A stretch of DNA of 64,000 nucleotides from an uncultured Pelagibacteraceae bacterium. Its GTDB lineage: Bacteria > Pseudomonadota > Alphaproteobacteria > Pelagibacterales > Pelagibacteraceae. Under the pieces are notes generated by a model, which saw only the letters and a list, made by a program, of their open reading frames with translations, searched no databases and was not told where the DNA came from. Positions 46,269-58,321 of the stretch are shown one piece after another (the stretch's first letter is position 1; each line of letters opens with the position of its first letter). The stretch covers positions 44,192 through 108,191 of the forward strand of contig CACMOZ010000002.1 in the NCBI GenBank assembly GCA_902615435.1, written 5' to 3'. The position numbers and the translations under genes are program-made.

Positions 46269-46811
46269 ATGGCAGATATCCAAAAAAAATACATTGGATT
46301 ATTAGGTGGTAGTTTTGATCCTGCGCATAAAGGTCACTTAGGCATATCAAGAATTGCCATAAAAAAATTAAAATTGAAAAAAATTTACTGGGTCGTCACA
46401 AAAAAGAATCCCTTCAAAAATAAAACTTTTTATTCTTTAAATAAAAGAATTAATTTTGCAAAAAAAATATCTAGATATCAAAAAAATATTCAAGTAGTAC
46501 ATCTTGATAATATTGTAAATTCTTCAAGAAGTATTGATATAATTAATTATTTTATAAAAAAAAAGAAATTAAAGAATATCTATTTTATTATTGGATCCGA
46601 TAACATTATTAAATTTCATAAGTGGAAAAGTTGGAAAAAGATAGTAAAATTGGCAAAATTAGTTGTTTTTTCTAGAAAAGGATATGATAAAAAGGGAAAG
46701 AAATCAAAAGTGGTAAAATATTTAAAAAAAAATATAATATTTATAAATAATAAACCTATAATTATCTCTTCTACAAAGATAAGAAATCAATCAAATAAAA
46801 CCTATTCATGA
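46269..46811 (+). CDS. nadD: Nicotinate-nucleotide adenylyltransferase
   Basis: GGSFDPAHKGH and ISSTKIR. Confidence 0.93.
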   Translation: MADIQKKYIGLLGGSFDPAHKGHLGISRIAIKKLKLKKIYWVVTKKNPFKNKTFYSLNKRINFAKKISRYQKNIQVVHLDNIVNSSRSIDIINYFIKKKKLKNIYFIIGSDNIIKFHKWKSWKKIVKLAKLVVFSRKGYDKKGKKSKVVKYLKKNIIFINNKPIIISSTKIRNQSNKTYS

Positions 46812-47155
46812 AAGTAGTTGAATTAAAAGTCAATATAGAAAAAATACTTGATGACAATAAAGCAAAAAGTATTTCCACCATAGATCTAAGAAATAAATCT
46901 TATATTGCAGATTACATGATTGTAGCCTCAGGAACATCTTCAAGACATCTTCAATCGCTATCTGAAATTCTTGTATCAGAATTGAAAAGAAAAGGATTGG
47001 ATAATTGTCGTATTGAGGGAAAAGATAGCAACGATTGGAAGCTAGTAGACGCGCATGATATAATTGTACATTTGTTTCATCCTAATAAAAGAGAATTTTA
47101 CGATTTAGAAAAAATGTGGTCAGAAGAAATTCCAAAAGAAAAAGCTATGATATGA
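46808..47155 (+). CDS. rsfS: Ribosome silencing factor
   Basis: ADYMIVASGTSSRH and REFYDLEKMW. Confidence 0.94.
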   Translation: MKVVELKVNIEKILDDNKAKSISTIDLRNKSYIADYMIVASGTSSRHLQSLSEILVSELKRKGLDNCRIEGKDSNDWKLVDAHDIIVHLFHPNKREFYDLEKMWSEEIPKEKAMI

Positions 47156-48288
47156 AAAAAATTTTTTTATTAGCATTATTTATTTTAAAATTAACTGCAA
47201 CTTCAGTTTTTTCTAAGAATGAACTTTATGAGAAAATTGATCTATTTGGTGAAGTATTAGAGAATATTAAAAAAGACTACGTTGATGATGTCGATCAGGC
47301 TGAAATGATGGATTCTGCAATAAATGGTGTTCTGCAATCACTTGATCCATATTCTGCTTATATGAGTCCTGAACTTTTTAAGGAAATGCAAACCGACACT
47401 CGAGGTGAATTTGGTGGATTAGGAATTGAGATAGGTATGGAGTCAGGTGTAGTAAAAGTAATTTCTCCAATAGACGATACACCAGCTGAAAAGGCAGGAA
47501 TAAAGGCTGGTGATTACATTGTAAAAATTGGGAATGAGCAGGTACAAGGAAAGTCACTAATGGAAGCGGTCAAGTTAATGCGAGGACCTGTTGGAACGAC
47601 AATTAATCTTACAATACGAAGAAAAAATGTTAAAAAACCATTAGAATTTAATATTACGAGAAAGATTATTGAGGTTCAGTCAGTCAGTTCTAAAGTAATT
47701 AGCAAGGAAGAAAACATTGGTTACGTTAGACTAAAGTCATTTAATGAGAATAGCGACAAACAATTTTTAAAATCAATAAAAAAATTTGAAAAAAAGCCAA
47801 AAATTAAAGGTTATGTTATTGATTTAAGAAATAACCCTGGTGGTTTATTAACACAAGCTATCAATATAACTGATTTCTTTTTAGATGATGGTGAAATAGT
47901 TTCTACTAAAGGACGTAAAATTTCTGAAACTAGAAAATTTTTTGCAAGAAAAGGTGACGAGATTAAAGGAAAACCATTGGTAGTTTTAATAAATAATGGA
48001 TCTGCTTCTGCATCAGAAATTTTTGCCGGGGCTTTAAAAGATCATAAAAGAGCTATCATTCTTGGAGAAAGCTCTTATGGAAAAGGATCTGTGCAATCAA
48101 TTATACCTCTAGGAAATGGAGGTGGAATGAGATTAACAATTTCTAAATACTATCTTCCATCTGGTGAGTCAATTTCAGAGGTCGGTGTTACACCCGATAT
48201 TTTAGTTGAGGAAATTGGTAATGATTTCAAAATAAACTCAGAAAAAGATAATCAATTAAATTACGCAATTAAACTTTTTAACTCATAA
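47152..48288 (+). CDS. ctpA: S41 carboxy-terminal processing protease
   Basis: LDPYS, PDZ GLGI, DLRNNPGG, SASASE and YGKG; signal peptide from ATG 47152. Confidence 0.93.
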   Translation: MKKIFLLALFILKLTATSVFSKNELYEKIDLFGEVLENIKKDYVDDVDQAEMMDSAINGVLQSLDPYSAYMSPELFKEMQTDTRGEFGGLGIEIGMESGVVKVISPIDDTPAEKAGIKAGDYIVKIGNEQVQGKSLMEAVKLMRGPVGTTINLTIRRKNVKKPLEFNITRKIIEVQSVSSKVISKEENIGYVRLKSFNENSDKQFLKSIKKFEKKPKIKGYVIDLRNNPGGLLTQAINITDFFLDDGEIVSTKGRKISETRKFFARKGDEIKGKPLVVLINNGSASASEIFAGALKDHKRAIILGESSYGKGSVQSIIPLGNGGGMRLTISKYYLPSGESISEVGVTPDILVEEIGNDFKINSEKDNQLNYAIKLFNS

Positions 48289-48291
48289 TCT

Positions 48292-48762
48292 ATGATTAAG
48301 CAAAAACTCCCTATGCGAACTGGAGTAGGAATTGTAGTTTTAAATAATCAAAATCATGTTTTTGTTGGCAAAAGAAAAGATAATCCTGGAAATAAATGGC
48401 AAATGCCTCAAGGAGGTGTTGACAAAGGTGAGAGTTTTATCACTGCAATGAAAAGAGAGTTGGCTGAGGAAACAAGTATAAAGAATATCAAAATTTTAAA
48501 AGAAATTGAGAAAATATATCAATACGAATTACCAAAAAACTTAGTTGGAATAATTTGGAAAGGTAAATACAGAGGTCAAAAACAGAAATGGTTTATCACA
48601 AGGTTTTTAGGTGAAGACAGGGAGATAGATTTAAATACTAGAAATCCTGAATTTATTGATTGGAAGTGGATAGAACCAGAGAAACTACCTGAAGTTATAG
48701 TAAATTTCAAAAAAGACTTATATAAAAATATTCTTAAAGAGATTAACTTAATTATCGATTGA
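48292..48762 (+). CDS. rppH: RNA pyrophosphohydrolase (Nudix)
   Basis: WQMPQGG...RELAEE Nudix box and GQKQKWF. Confidence 0.93.
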   Translation: MIKQKLPMRTGVGIVVLNNQNHVFVGKRKDNPGNKWQMPQGGVDKGESFITAMKRELAEETSIKNIKILKEIEKIYQYELPKNLVGIIWKGKYRGQKQKWFITRFLGEDREIDLNTRNPEFIDWKWIEPEKLPEVIVNFKKDLYKNILKEINLIID

Positions 48763-49140
48763 TTTCTTTTAGTGTTTCGATTTTATGAAATGCTATGTAC
48801 TTCTCTTTATCACTTGAATTATGATCTTTGAGTTTTTTTTCTGCTTCTTCTTGTAAATTACTTATATAACTCTTTGCAAGATTATTTATGTCCTCTACTT
48901 TGGAGGTTAATATTAAAAGATTATTATCAGAAAATTCTACGGTTCCCTCCTCTATATAATATTTTTTTTCTTCCTGATTTTTTATAACTATAATTCCAGG
49001 TTTTAAAAAAGTTATTAAGGGTATATGATCTTTAAGAATACCCATTTGACCTTCATAGGATGGGATTATTACTTCTTTTACATCCGATTTAAAAACTATT
49101 TGATCAGGTGTAATTATTTCTACTTTGAATATATCAGACA

Positions 49141-49141
<1 letters not shown>
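48752..49141 (-). CDS. atpC: ATP synthase epsilon subunit
   Basis: VEIITPD and GQMGILKDHIP; last gene of the atp operon. Confidence 0.93.
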
Positions 49142-51440
<2,299 letters not shown>

Positions 51441-51442
51441 TT

Positions 51443-52963
51443 TTATTTTTTGTAATCCTCAATTGCTTTTGATAATAATTTTTCGGTATCTTCATCAAGT
51501 TTTCCTGTAGATTGTATAGAGTCTATAATCTCAGGATTTTCAGATTTAATTTTTTCGATAATATCCTTTTCAAATTTTTTAATCTTATCCAAATCTACAT
51601 CATCTAAATATCCCTCCACCCCAGTAAAAACTGATATTACTTGTTCAGCAACTGTCATTGGAGAATATTGATCTTGTTTTAGAAGTTCCGTTAATTTAGC
51701 CCCTCGATTTAACAATTGCTGTGTTGAAGCGTCTAAATCTGACCCGAATTGTGCAAATGCGGCCATTTCTCTATATTGTGCAAGTTCTAGTTTTATTGAG
51801 CCTGCCACCTTTTTCATTGCTTTAGTTTGTGCAGCAGAACCAACTCTCGAAACGGACAATCCAACATTTACCGCAGGTCTAATTCCTTGGTTAAATAATT
51901 CAGTTTCTAAGAAAATTTGCCCGTCTGTAATCGAAATTACATTTGTAGGGATATATGCTGAAACGTCACCTGCCTGAGTTTCAATTATTGGTAAAGCAGT
52001 TAAAGAACCTCCACCATTTGTATCACTCAATTTGGCTGATCTTTCTAAAAGTCTACTATGTAAATAAAAAACATCACCAGGGTACGCTTCTCGTCCTGGT
52101 GGCCTCCTTAATAGAAGTGACATTTGTCTATAAGCGACAGCTTGTTTGGATAGATCGTCATATACTATCAACGCATGCATTCCATTATCTCTGAAATATT
52201 CGCCAATAGTACATCCTGTATATGGAGCTAAAAATTGTAGTGGAGCTGAGTCAGACGCAGTCGCGGCTACGATTGTAGTATATTTTAATGCTCCTGCCTC
52301 TTCTAAAGTTTTTGTTATTTGCGCAACTGTTGAACGTTTTTGTCCTATAGCTACGTAAACGCAGTATAATTTTTTTTTTTCATCCGAGGATTCATTGATT
52401 TTTTTTTGATTAATAATTGCATCTATTGCAACAGCAGTCTTACCTGTTTGTCTATCACCAATAATTAATTCTCTTTGTCCTCTTCCTACAGGTATTAAGG
52501 AGTCTATCGACTTTAATCCTGTTTGCATTGGTTCACTTACGGATTGTCTGGGAATAATCCCAGGAGCTTTTACTTCAACCCTTTTTCTTTGTTTTGATGT
52601 AATCGGTCCTTTTCCATCAATAGGGTTTCCTAGACCATCCACTACTCTTCCTAAAAGTTCTTTACCTACTGGGACATCAACAATTGCATTTGTTCTTTTA
52701 ATTGTATCACCCTCTTTAATTGTTCTATCATCACCAAAAATTACTACTCCAACATTATCGTTTTCTAAATTTAGTGCCATTCCTTTTGAGCCGTCTTCAA
52801 ATTCCACCATTTCACCTGCTTGCACATTATCTAATCCATAAACGCGCGCGATACCATCACCAACTGATAGAACTTTTCCAATTTCAGATACTTCGGCTTT
52901 TTCTCCAAAGTTTTTAATCTGTTCTTTTAATAATTTTGTTACTTCTGAAGGGTTAATGGACAT
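51443..52963 (-). CDS. atpA: ATP synthase alpha subunit
   Basis: GDRQTGKT and [20 protein letters not shown]. Confidence 0.98.
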   Translation of the reverse strand: MSINPSEVTKLLKEQIKNFGEKAEVSEIGKVLSVGDGIARVYGLDNVQAGEMVEFEDGSKGMALNLENDNVGVVIFGDDRTIKEGDTIKRTNAIVDVPVGKELLGRVVDGLGNPIDGKGPITSKQRKRVEVKAPGIIPRQSVSEPMQTGLKSIDSLIPVGRGQRELIIGDRQTGKTAVAIDAIINQKKINESSDEKKKLYCVYVAIGQKRSTVAQITKTLEEAGALKYTTIVAATASDSAPLQFLAPYTGCTIGEYFRDNGMHALIVYDDLSKQAVAYRQMSLLLRRPPGREAYPGDVFYLHSRLLERSAKLSDTNGGGSLTALPIIETQAGDVSAYIPTNVISITDGQIFLETELFNQGIRPAVNVGLSVSRVGSAAQTKAMKKVAGSIKLELAQYREMAAFAQFGSDLDASTQQLLNRGAKLTELLKQDQYSPMTVAEQVISVFTGVEGYLDDVDLDKIKKFEKDIIEKIKSENPEIIDSIQSTGKLDEDTEKLLSKAIEDYKK

Positions 52964-52964
52964 T

Positions 52965-53522
52965 TTATTTTTCTAACATTTGTTGTTCAAATTTTTTTAA
53001 TTTGCTTTTTATAGAACTATCAATCATTATACTCCCTAGTTGCAATTTTAATCCTCCAATTAAATCTTTATCAATTTTATAGTCAAATTTAATCGTTGAT
53101 TGCATTGATGATGACAACTCTTTGCTTATATTTTCTAATTCTGTTTGGGATAAATCTTTCGATGAGATTAAAGATGCTTTTATTTCTCCTCTTTTTTTTG
53201 AACACAAAATTAAAAAACTTTTTAAAATTTTTAAAACAAAAAATATTCTTCTTTTTTCAATCAAAAGTAAAAAAAAATTTTTTAAATTATTTGAGAAATT
53301 TAACTTTTCAGATAATAGATTAATCACATTATTTTGTGTTTCTAAACTTTGGGTAGGATTATGAATAAAATTTTTTAATTCAGAGGTATTTTCTAAAAGT
53401 AATTGAAAAGTCTTTATATCTTTCTCGACCTTCTCTATTTCATTTGCTTCGTTCGCAACTTCAAATAATGCACGAGAATACCTTTCTGAAGTTTCTGATG
53501 AGAAAGATTTGTTTGCGCTCAT
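52965..53522 (-). CDS. atpH: ATP synthase delta subunit
   Basis: RYSRALF and LIGGL...IDSS; start set at the MSANK ATG (53522). Confidence 0.93.
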   Translation of the reverse strand: MSANKSFSSETSERYSRALFEVANEANEIEKVEKDIKTFQLLLENTSELKNFIHNPTQSLETQNNVINLLSEKLNFSNNLKNFFLLLIEKRRIFFVLKILKSFLILCSKKRGEIKASLISSKDLSQTELENISKELSSSMQSTIKFDYKIDKDLIGGLKLQLGSIMIDSSIKSKLKKFEQQMLEK

Positions 53523-53605
53523 TTTTTTAGTAAGTTGAAAAAAAGTGAAATAATGTGCGTTTCGTAACACATGAGTATATTTTGATCAAGGAAGCAATTT
53601 GTTAT

Positions 53606-55555
53606 TTATCCAAAATTTACTGGATCAACATCAACTGTAAGTTTAATTTTACTAGATATTTTCAATGAATTTAGTAGGTTTGCTATTTTTTTTTGAATAA
53701 GCCTTTTTCCATTGAACCTTATTAGAAGCCTGGCCCTAAATTTTTTTTTAATCTTTAATAATGGGGAGTCGACAGGACCCAATATTTCTATATCATCAAT
53801 CTTATTAAGGTGCCTTTTAATCTCTCTTGCTCCCTCAATACTTAAACTATGTTTACTTGCTGATACAATAATAGCAATTAATCTTGCAAAAGGAGGTAAT
53901 AAATTTTTCTTTCTTATAATAAGTTCATTTTTTAATAGACCCTCTGAATTATTCATTATTAATTGGTTGAGAGTGACATTCTCTGGAGATAATGTTTGAT
54001 AAATAATTATTGAGTCTTGACTAAATCTACCAGCTCTTCCACTAAGTTGATGATATAATTGCACATTTTTTTCAGTAGCTCTTAAATCATAGCCTCTACC
54101 TGAAAAATCTGCATCAACAACAACAATACAATTCAATTTAGGAAAATTAAATCCTTTAGAAATCATTTGGGTACCAACTAAGATATCGACTTTATTATTA
54201 ATTATTCTTTTAAATAATGACTGGGTTTGATCTTTTTTTTTCATATAGTCACTTGAAAAAATTTCAATAGTATTGGAAGGAAAAACTTTTTTTAATTCTT
54301 CAAAAATTTTTTCCACGCCAGGTCCGTACATAATAAAGTTACAATTTTCATTTTCATTACATTTTCTAGAAATTTTTTTTTCAAAAGAACAATGATGACA
54401 AATAGCTTTATTTTTTGTTTTATGAAAAGTTAAATACATTGAACAATTAGAACAAATCTGTTTATAACCACATTTCTTACAAATTAAATATGGTGCGTAT
54501 CCTCGTCGATTTAAAAAAAATAATACTTGCTCATTTTTGTTTAAGAATTTTTTTACAATTTGAATAGTTTCTTCAGAGATAAAACGATCTTTAATTTTAT
54601 TTATATTTAAATTTACAATTTTTGTTTTTGGTAAAGGGACATTTTTATATCTTTTAAAAATTCTATAATGCTTGAATTTTTTATTTTGTATATTGTTAAA
54701 AGTTTCAATTGATGGAATTGAAGTAATTAAATGTATAGGGATATTCTCAAATGATGCTCTAGAGATAGCCATGTCTCTGGCATGATAAATCACACCATCA
54801 TCTTGTTTATAAGAAGAATCGTGTTCCTCATCAACAATTATAACTCCAAGATTTTTAAATGGAAGTAACAATGATGACCTGGCTCCTATCACTAATTTTA
54901 CTTTATTATTAATTATTCCTTTCCAAATTATACGTTTATTTTTAGGAGTTATTTTTGAATGCCATATTGCTGGTTCAAAACCAAAAAAATCAATAAATCT
55001 AGATTTAAACTCATTGGTTAGAAAAATTTCTGGTAATAAAACTAGTGCTTGTTTTTTTTCTTTTAATATTTTTTTTATCCTTTCAAAGTATACAAGAGTT
55101 TTTCCTGAGCCAGTAGTTCCTTGCAAAACAGAAACTTCAAATTTATTATTATTTGAATTTAAAAAGTTTAATGCTTTTTTTTGTTCTTTATTTAAAGTAA
55201 AAATTTTTTTTTGTTTTTCAATTTGAGTAAATTCTCTTTCATCTTTTTCAATTAAATTTTGATTGCTACCAATAGACATTTTTAGAACTAGTCCTAAAGG
55301 CATCATATTATATAATGCAAACCAATCTAAAAAATTAATAAATTTTTTGTTAATTGAAAATTTTTTAATTTTTTTATTTATATTTTTAATCTTAATATCT
55401 TTTAAAGTTGAAATTTTACCAGGCCAAACAACTCCTATTTCTCTTTTTGATCCAAAAGGAACCTCTACAAAATCACCAGGTTTTAGGGAGTTCTGATCAC
55501 AATTATATGTAAAAGGAAAATTAAATATTTTAGGTAACAGCACTTGTGCCTTCAT
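53606..55555 (-). CDS. priA: Primosomal protein N'
   Basis: GTTGSGKT, DEEHD, NRRGY, CxxC pairs and QLSGRAGR; start set at the MKAQV ATG (55555). Confidence 0.95.
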   Translation of the reverse strand: MKAQVLLPKIFNFPFTYNCDQNSLKPGDFVEVPFGSKREIGVVWPGKISTLKDIKIKNINKKIKKFSINKKFINFLDWFALYNMMPLGLVLKMSIGSNQNLIEKDEREFTQIEKQKKIFTLNKEQKKALNFLNSNNNKFEVSVLQGTTGSGKTLVYFERIKKILKEKKQALVLLPEIFLTNEFKSRFIDFFGFEPAIWHSKITPKNKRIIWKGIINNKVKLVIGARSSLLLPFKNLGVIIVDEEHDSSYKQDDGVIYHARDMAISRASFENIPIHLITSIPSIETFNNIQNKKFKHYRIFKRYKNVPLPKTKIVNLNINKIKDRFISEETIQIVKKFLNKNEQVLFFLNRRGYAPYLICKKCGYKQICSNCSMYLTFHKTKNKAICHHCSFEKKISRKCNENENCNFIMYGPGVEKIFEELKKVFPSNTIEIFSSDYMKKKDQTQSLFKRIINNKVDILVGTQMISKGFNFPKLNCIVVVDADFSGRGYDLRATEKNVQLYHQLSGRAGRFSQDSIIIYQTLSPENVTLNQLIMNNSEGLLKNELIIRKKNLLPPFARLIAIIVSASKHSLSIEGAREIKRHLNKIDDIEILGPVDSPLLKIKKKFRARLLIRFNGKRLIQKKIANLLNSLKISSKIKLTVDVDPVNFG

Positions 55556-55583
55556 GGACACATAGTAATTCAATTCTGTATTT

Positions 55584-56990
55584 TTAGAAATGAATTGGTC
55601 TTTTATCAACAGCTAAAGCTGCTTCTTTGATAGCCTCTGTGTGCGTTGGATGTGCATGACAAGTTCTTGCAATATCTTCTGAACTTGCTCCAAATTCCAT
55701 AGCTAGCGCCATCTCAGCTATCATATCTCCACTATGAGGTCCTATGATATGAACGCCTAAAACTTTATCTGTTTTACTATCTGCAAGAATTTTGACGAAA
55801 CCGTCTGTCTCATTATTTACTTTTGCTCTTGAATTAGCGAGGAATGGAAATTTACCAACTTTATAAGATCTTTTTTCCTCTTTTAACTGTTCTTCTGTTT
55901 TCCCTACAGTCGCTACCTCTGGAGAAGTATAAACTACACCTGGTATAACATCATAATTCACATGACCTGCTTGACCAGCTAGTATTTCAGCTACTGCGAT
56001 ACCCTCTTCTTCAGCTTTATGAGCAAGCATAGGGCCTTTTATTACGTCTCCAATAGCATAAATATTTTTAATAGATGTTTGCAATTTCTTGTCGACTTCT
56101 ATTCGGCCTTTATTGTCTCTTTTCACTCCAACCTTTGTTAAATTTAAGCCTTCAGTATAGGGTTTTCTTCCTACAGAAACTAAAACTTTATCAACTTCGA
56201 TATTTTCCTTTTTTGAGTCTTTAAGATTTGTATATGTTATTGAAACTAAATTACCTTTATTGCTAACAGCTTCAACTTTTGATCCTAATTTAAATTTTAT
56301 CCCTTGTTTAGTTAATATTTTTTGAAATTCATTTGAAATTTCTCTATCCATACCTGGTGTTATATGATCAAGATATTCTATAACCGTTACCTCAGATCCT
56401 AGCCTTGACCAAACTGAACCCATTTCTAAACCAATGTAACCACCACCTATAATTGCTAATTTTTCTGGGACTTTGTCAAAAGATAAAGCGCCTGTAGAAG
56501 ATACTATGTTCTTTTCATCAATATTGATACCTGGTAGAGAAGCAACCTCTGAACCAGTGGCTATAACAATATTATTTGATTTAATATTAGTTCTTTTTTT
56601 GTCTCTTTCATAAACTATTATATCATTTTTAGAAAAGAGGACTCCTTTTCCTTTAAAATATGTTACCTTATTTTTTTTGAATAAAAATTCAACACCTTTA
56701 GTAAGTATTTGAATAGACTTATTTTTGTTAGACATCATTTTTGCAATATTTAATTTAATACCTTCAATTTCTATACCTTGTTGATTGAAGTCTTTTTTAG
56801 CTTTATGAAAGTTTTCTGAAAGATTTAGTAAACTTTTTGAAGGTATACATCCCACATTTAAACATGTACCTCCCAGAGCTCCTCTGGATTCTATACAGGC
56901 AGTTTTCAATCCTAATTGGGCAGCTCTTATAGCGCAAACATATCCACCTGGACCACCCCCAATAACAACTAAGTCAAAATTATTTTCCAT
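55584..56990 (-). CDS. lpdA: Dihydrolipoyl dehydrogenase (E3)
   Basis: GGGPGG, GGTCLNVGCIPSK and HAHPT. Confidence 0.97.
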   Translation of the reverse strand: MENNFDLVVIGGGPGGYVCAIRAAQLGLKTACIESRGALGGTCLNVGCIPSKSLLNLSENFHKAKKDFNQQGIEIEGIKLNIAKMMSNKNKSIQILTKGVEFLFKKNKVTYFKGKGVLFSKNDIIVYERDKKRTNIKSNNIVIATGSEVASLPGINIDEKNIVSSTGALSFDKVPEKLAIIGGGYIGLEMGSVWSRLGSEVTVIEYLDHITPGMDREISNEFQKILTKQGIKFKLGSKVEAVSNKGNLVSITYTNLKDSKKENIEVDKVLVSVGRKPYTEGLNLTKVGVKRDNKGRIEVDKKLQTSIKNIYAIGDVIKGPMLAHKAEEEGIAVAEILAGQAGHVNYDVIPGVVYTSPEVATVGKTEEQLKEEKRSYKVGKFPFLANSRAKVNNETDGFVKILADSKTDKVLGVHIIGPHSGDMIAEMALAMEFGASSEDIARTCHAHPTHTEAIKEAALAVDKRPIHF

Positions 56991-56992
56991 TA

Positions 56993-58321
56993 TTAAATAT
57001 TTAAAAAAAGTCTTTTTGGTTGTTCTAAAGACTCTTTTACAATTTTTAAAAAAGATACTGCTTCTTTTCCATCGATTATTCTATGATCATACGATAAAGC
57101 TAAATACATTATAGGTCTTACTTCCACGTTTCCATCTACTACTATCGGTCTTTGAATAATATTATGCATTCCCAAAACCGCAGATTGAGGTGGATTCAAT
57201 ATAGGAGTTGAAAGCATAGAGCCATAAATTCCTCCATTTGTAATAGTAAAAGTTCCTCCTTGAAGGTCTTCAATAGTTATTTTTCCATCTCTAGCTTTCT
57301 GTCCCAAATTACCTATATTTTTTTCAATATCTGCAAAAGACATTTCATCGGTTTCTCTTAACACAGGAACCACTAATCCTCTTTCAGTGCCTACTGCAAT
57401 ACTAATATTATAATAATTTTTATAGACTATTTCTTCTCCTTGAATTTCTGCGTTAACTGCTGGATAATTTTTTAAACCGATCACACAGGCTTTTACAAAA
57501 AAAGACATGAAACCTAACTTAACTCCATATTTATCATGAAATTCTTCCTTATATTGATTTCTCATTGAAATTACTTCGCTCATATCAACTTCATTAAAAG
57601 TTGTGAGCATTGCTGCATTTTCTTGTGCTTCTTTTAACCTTTTCGCAATAGTTAATCTTAATCTAGTCATCTTAACTCTTTCCTCGGGACCATGCTCTAT
57701 TTTTCTTGTTGATGGAGCGGGTTTAGAACCCATCAAACTCATAATATCTTCTTTTAAAATTACGCCATTTTTTCCAGTTCCCTCTACTTGACTTATATCG
57801 ATATCAGACTCTCTAGCAATTTTTCTTGCTGCAGGGGAGAAACGTTTTTCCTCTTTTTGAGATAAAATCTTTTTTATTTTTTTTTCTTCGTGAACCTCTT
57901 CCAAAATCAAAGGTTCCTCTTCTTCTAGCTTTAAAGTTGGTTCATTTATTTTTTTCGATTTTTTCACAATCTTAAGTTTTTCAACTTTTTTTTCATTAAA
58001 AGTTTTTGGTTTATTATCAGCTATTTCTTTTTTTGGGGGACTATAATTATTGACTTCGTTATCTTTTATTTCTTTACTTACTGATGAACTATCAACCGTT
58101 CCTAATAGAGATCCAACATTTACAGTCTGTCCCTCTTTAACAGCAATGCTGCCTAATACTCCACTTATTGGTGAAGGAACTTCAACATTCACTTTATCTG
58201 TCTCCAGCTCTACAAGTGGTTCATCTACAGAAACTTTTTCGCCCTGCAATTTAAGCCATTTTGAAACCGTAGCCTCTGTTACTGACTCACCTAAAGTTGG
58301 GACTGTAATTTTTTCTGCCAT
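56993..58321 (-). CDS. sucB: 2-oxoglutarate dehydrogenase E2
   Basis: ETDKV lipoyl site, LTTFNEVDM and YDHRIIDG. Confidence 0.96.
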   Translation of the reverse strand: MAEKITVPTLGESVTEATVSKWLKLQGEKVSVDEPLVELETDKVNVEVPSPISGVLGSIAVKEGQTVNVGSLLGTVDSSSVSKEIKDNEVNNYSPPKKEIADNKPKTFNEKKVEKLKIVKKSKKINEPTLKLEEEEPLILEEVHEEKKIKKILSQKEEKRFSPAARKIARESDIDISQVEGTGKNGVILKEDIMSLMGSKPAPSTRKIEHGPEERVKMTRLRLTIAKRLKEAQENAAMLTTFNEVDMSEVISMRNQYKEEFHDKYGVKLGFMSFFVKACVIGLKNYPAVNAEIQGEEIVYKNYYNISIAVGTERGLVVPVLRETDEMSFADIEKNIGNLGQKARDGKITIEDLQGGTFTITNGGIYGSMLSTPILNPPQSAVLGMHNIIQRPIVVDGNVEVRPIMYLALSYDHRIIDGKEAVSFLKIVKESLEQPKRLFLNI

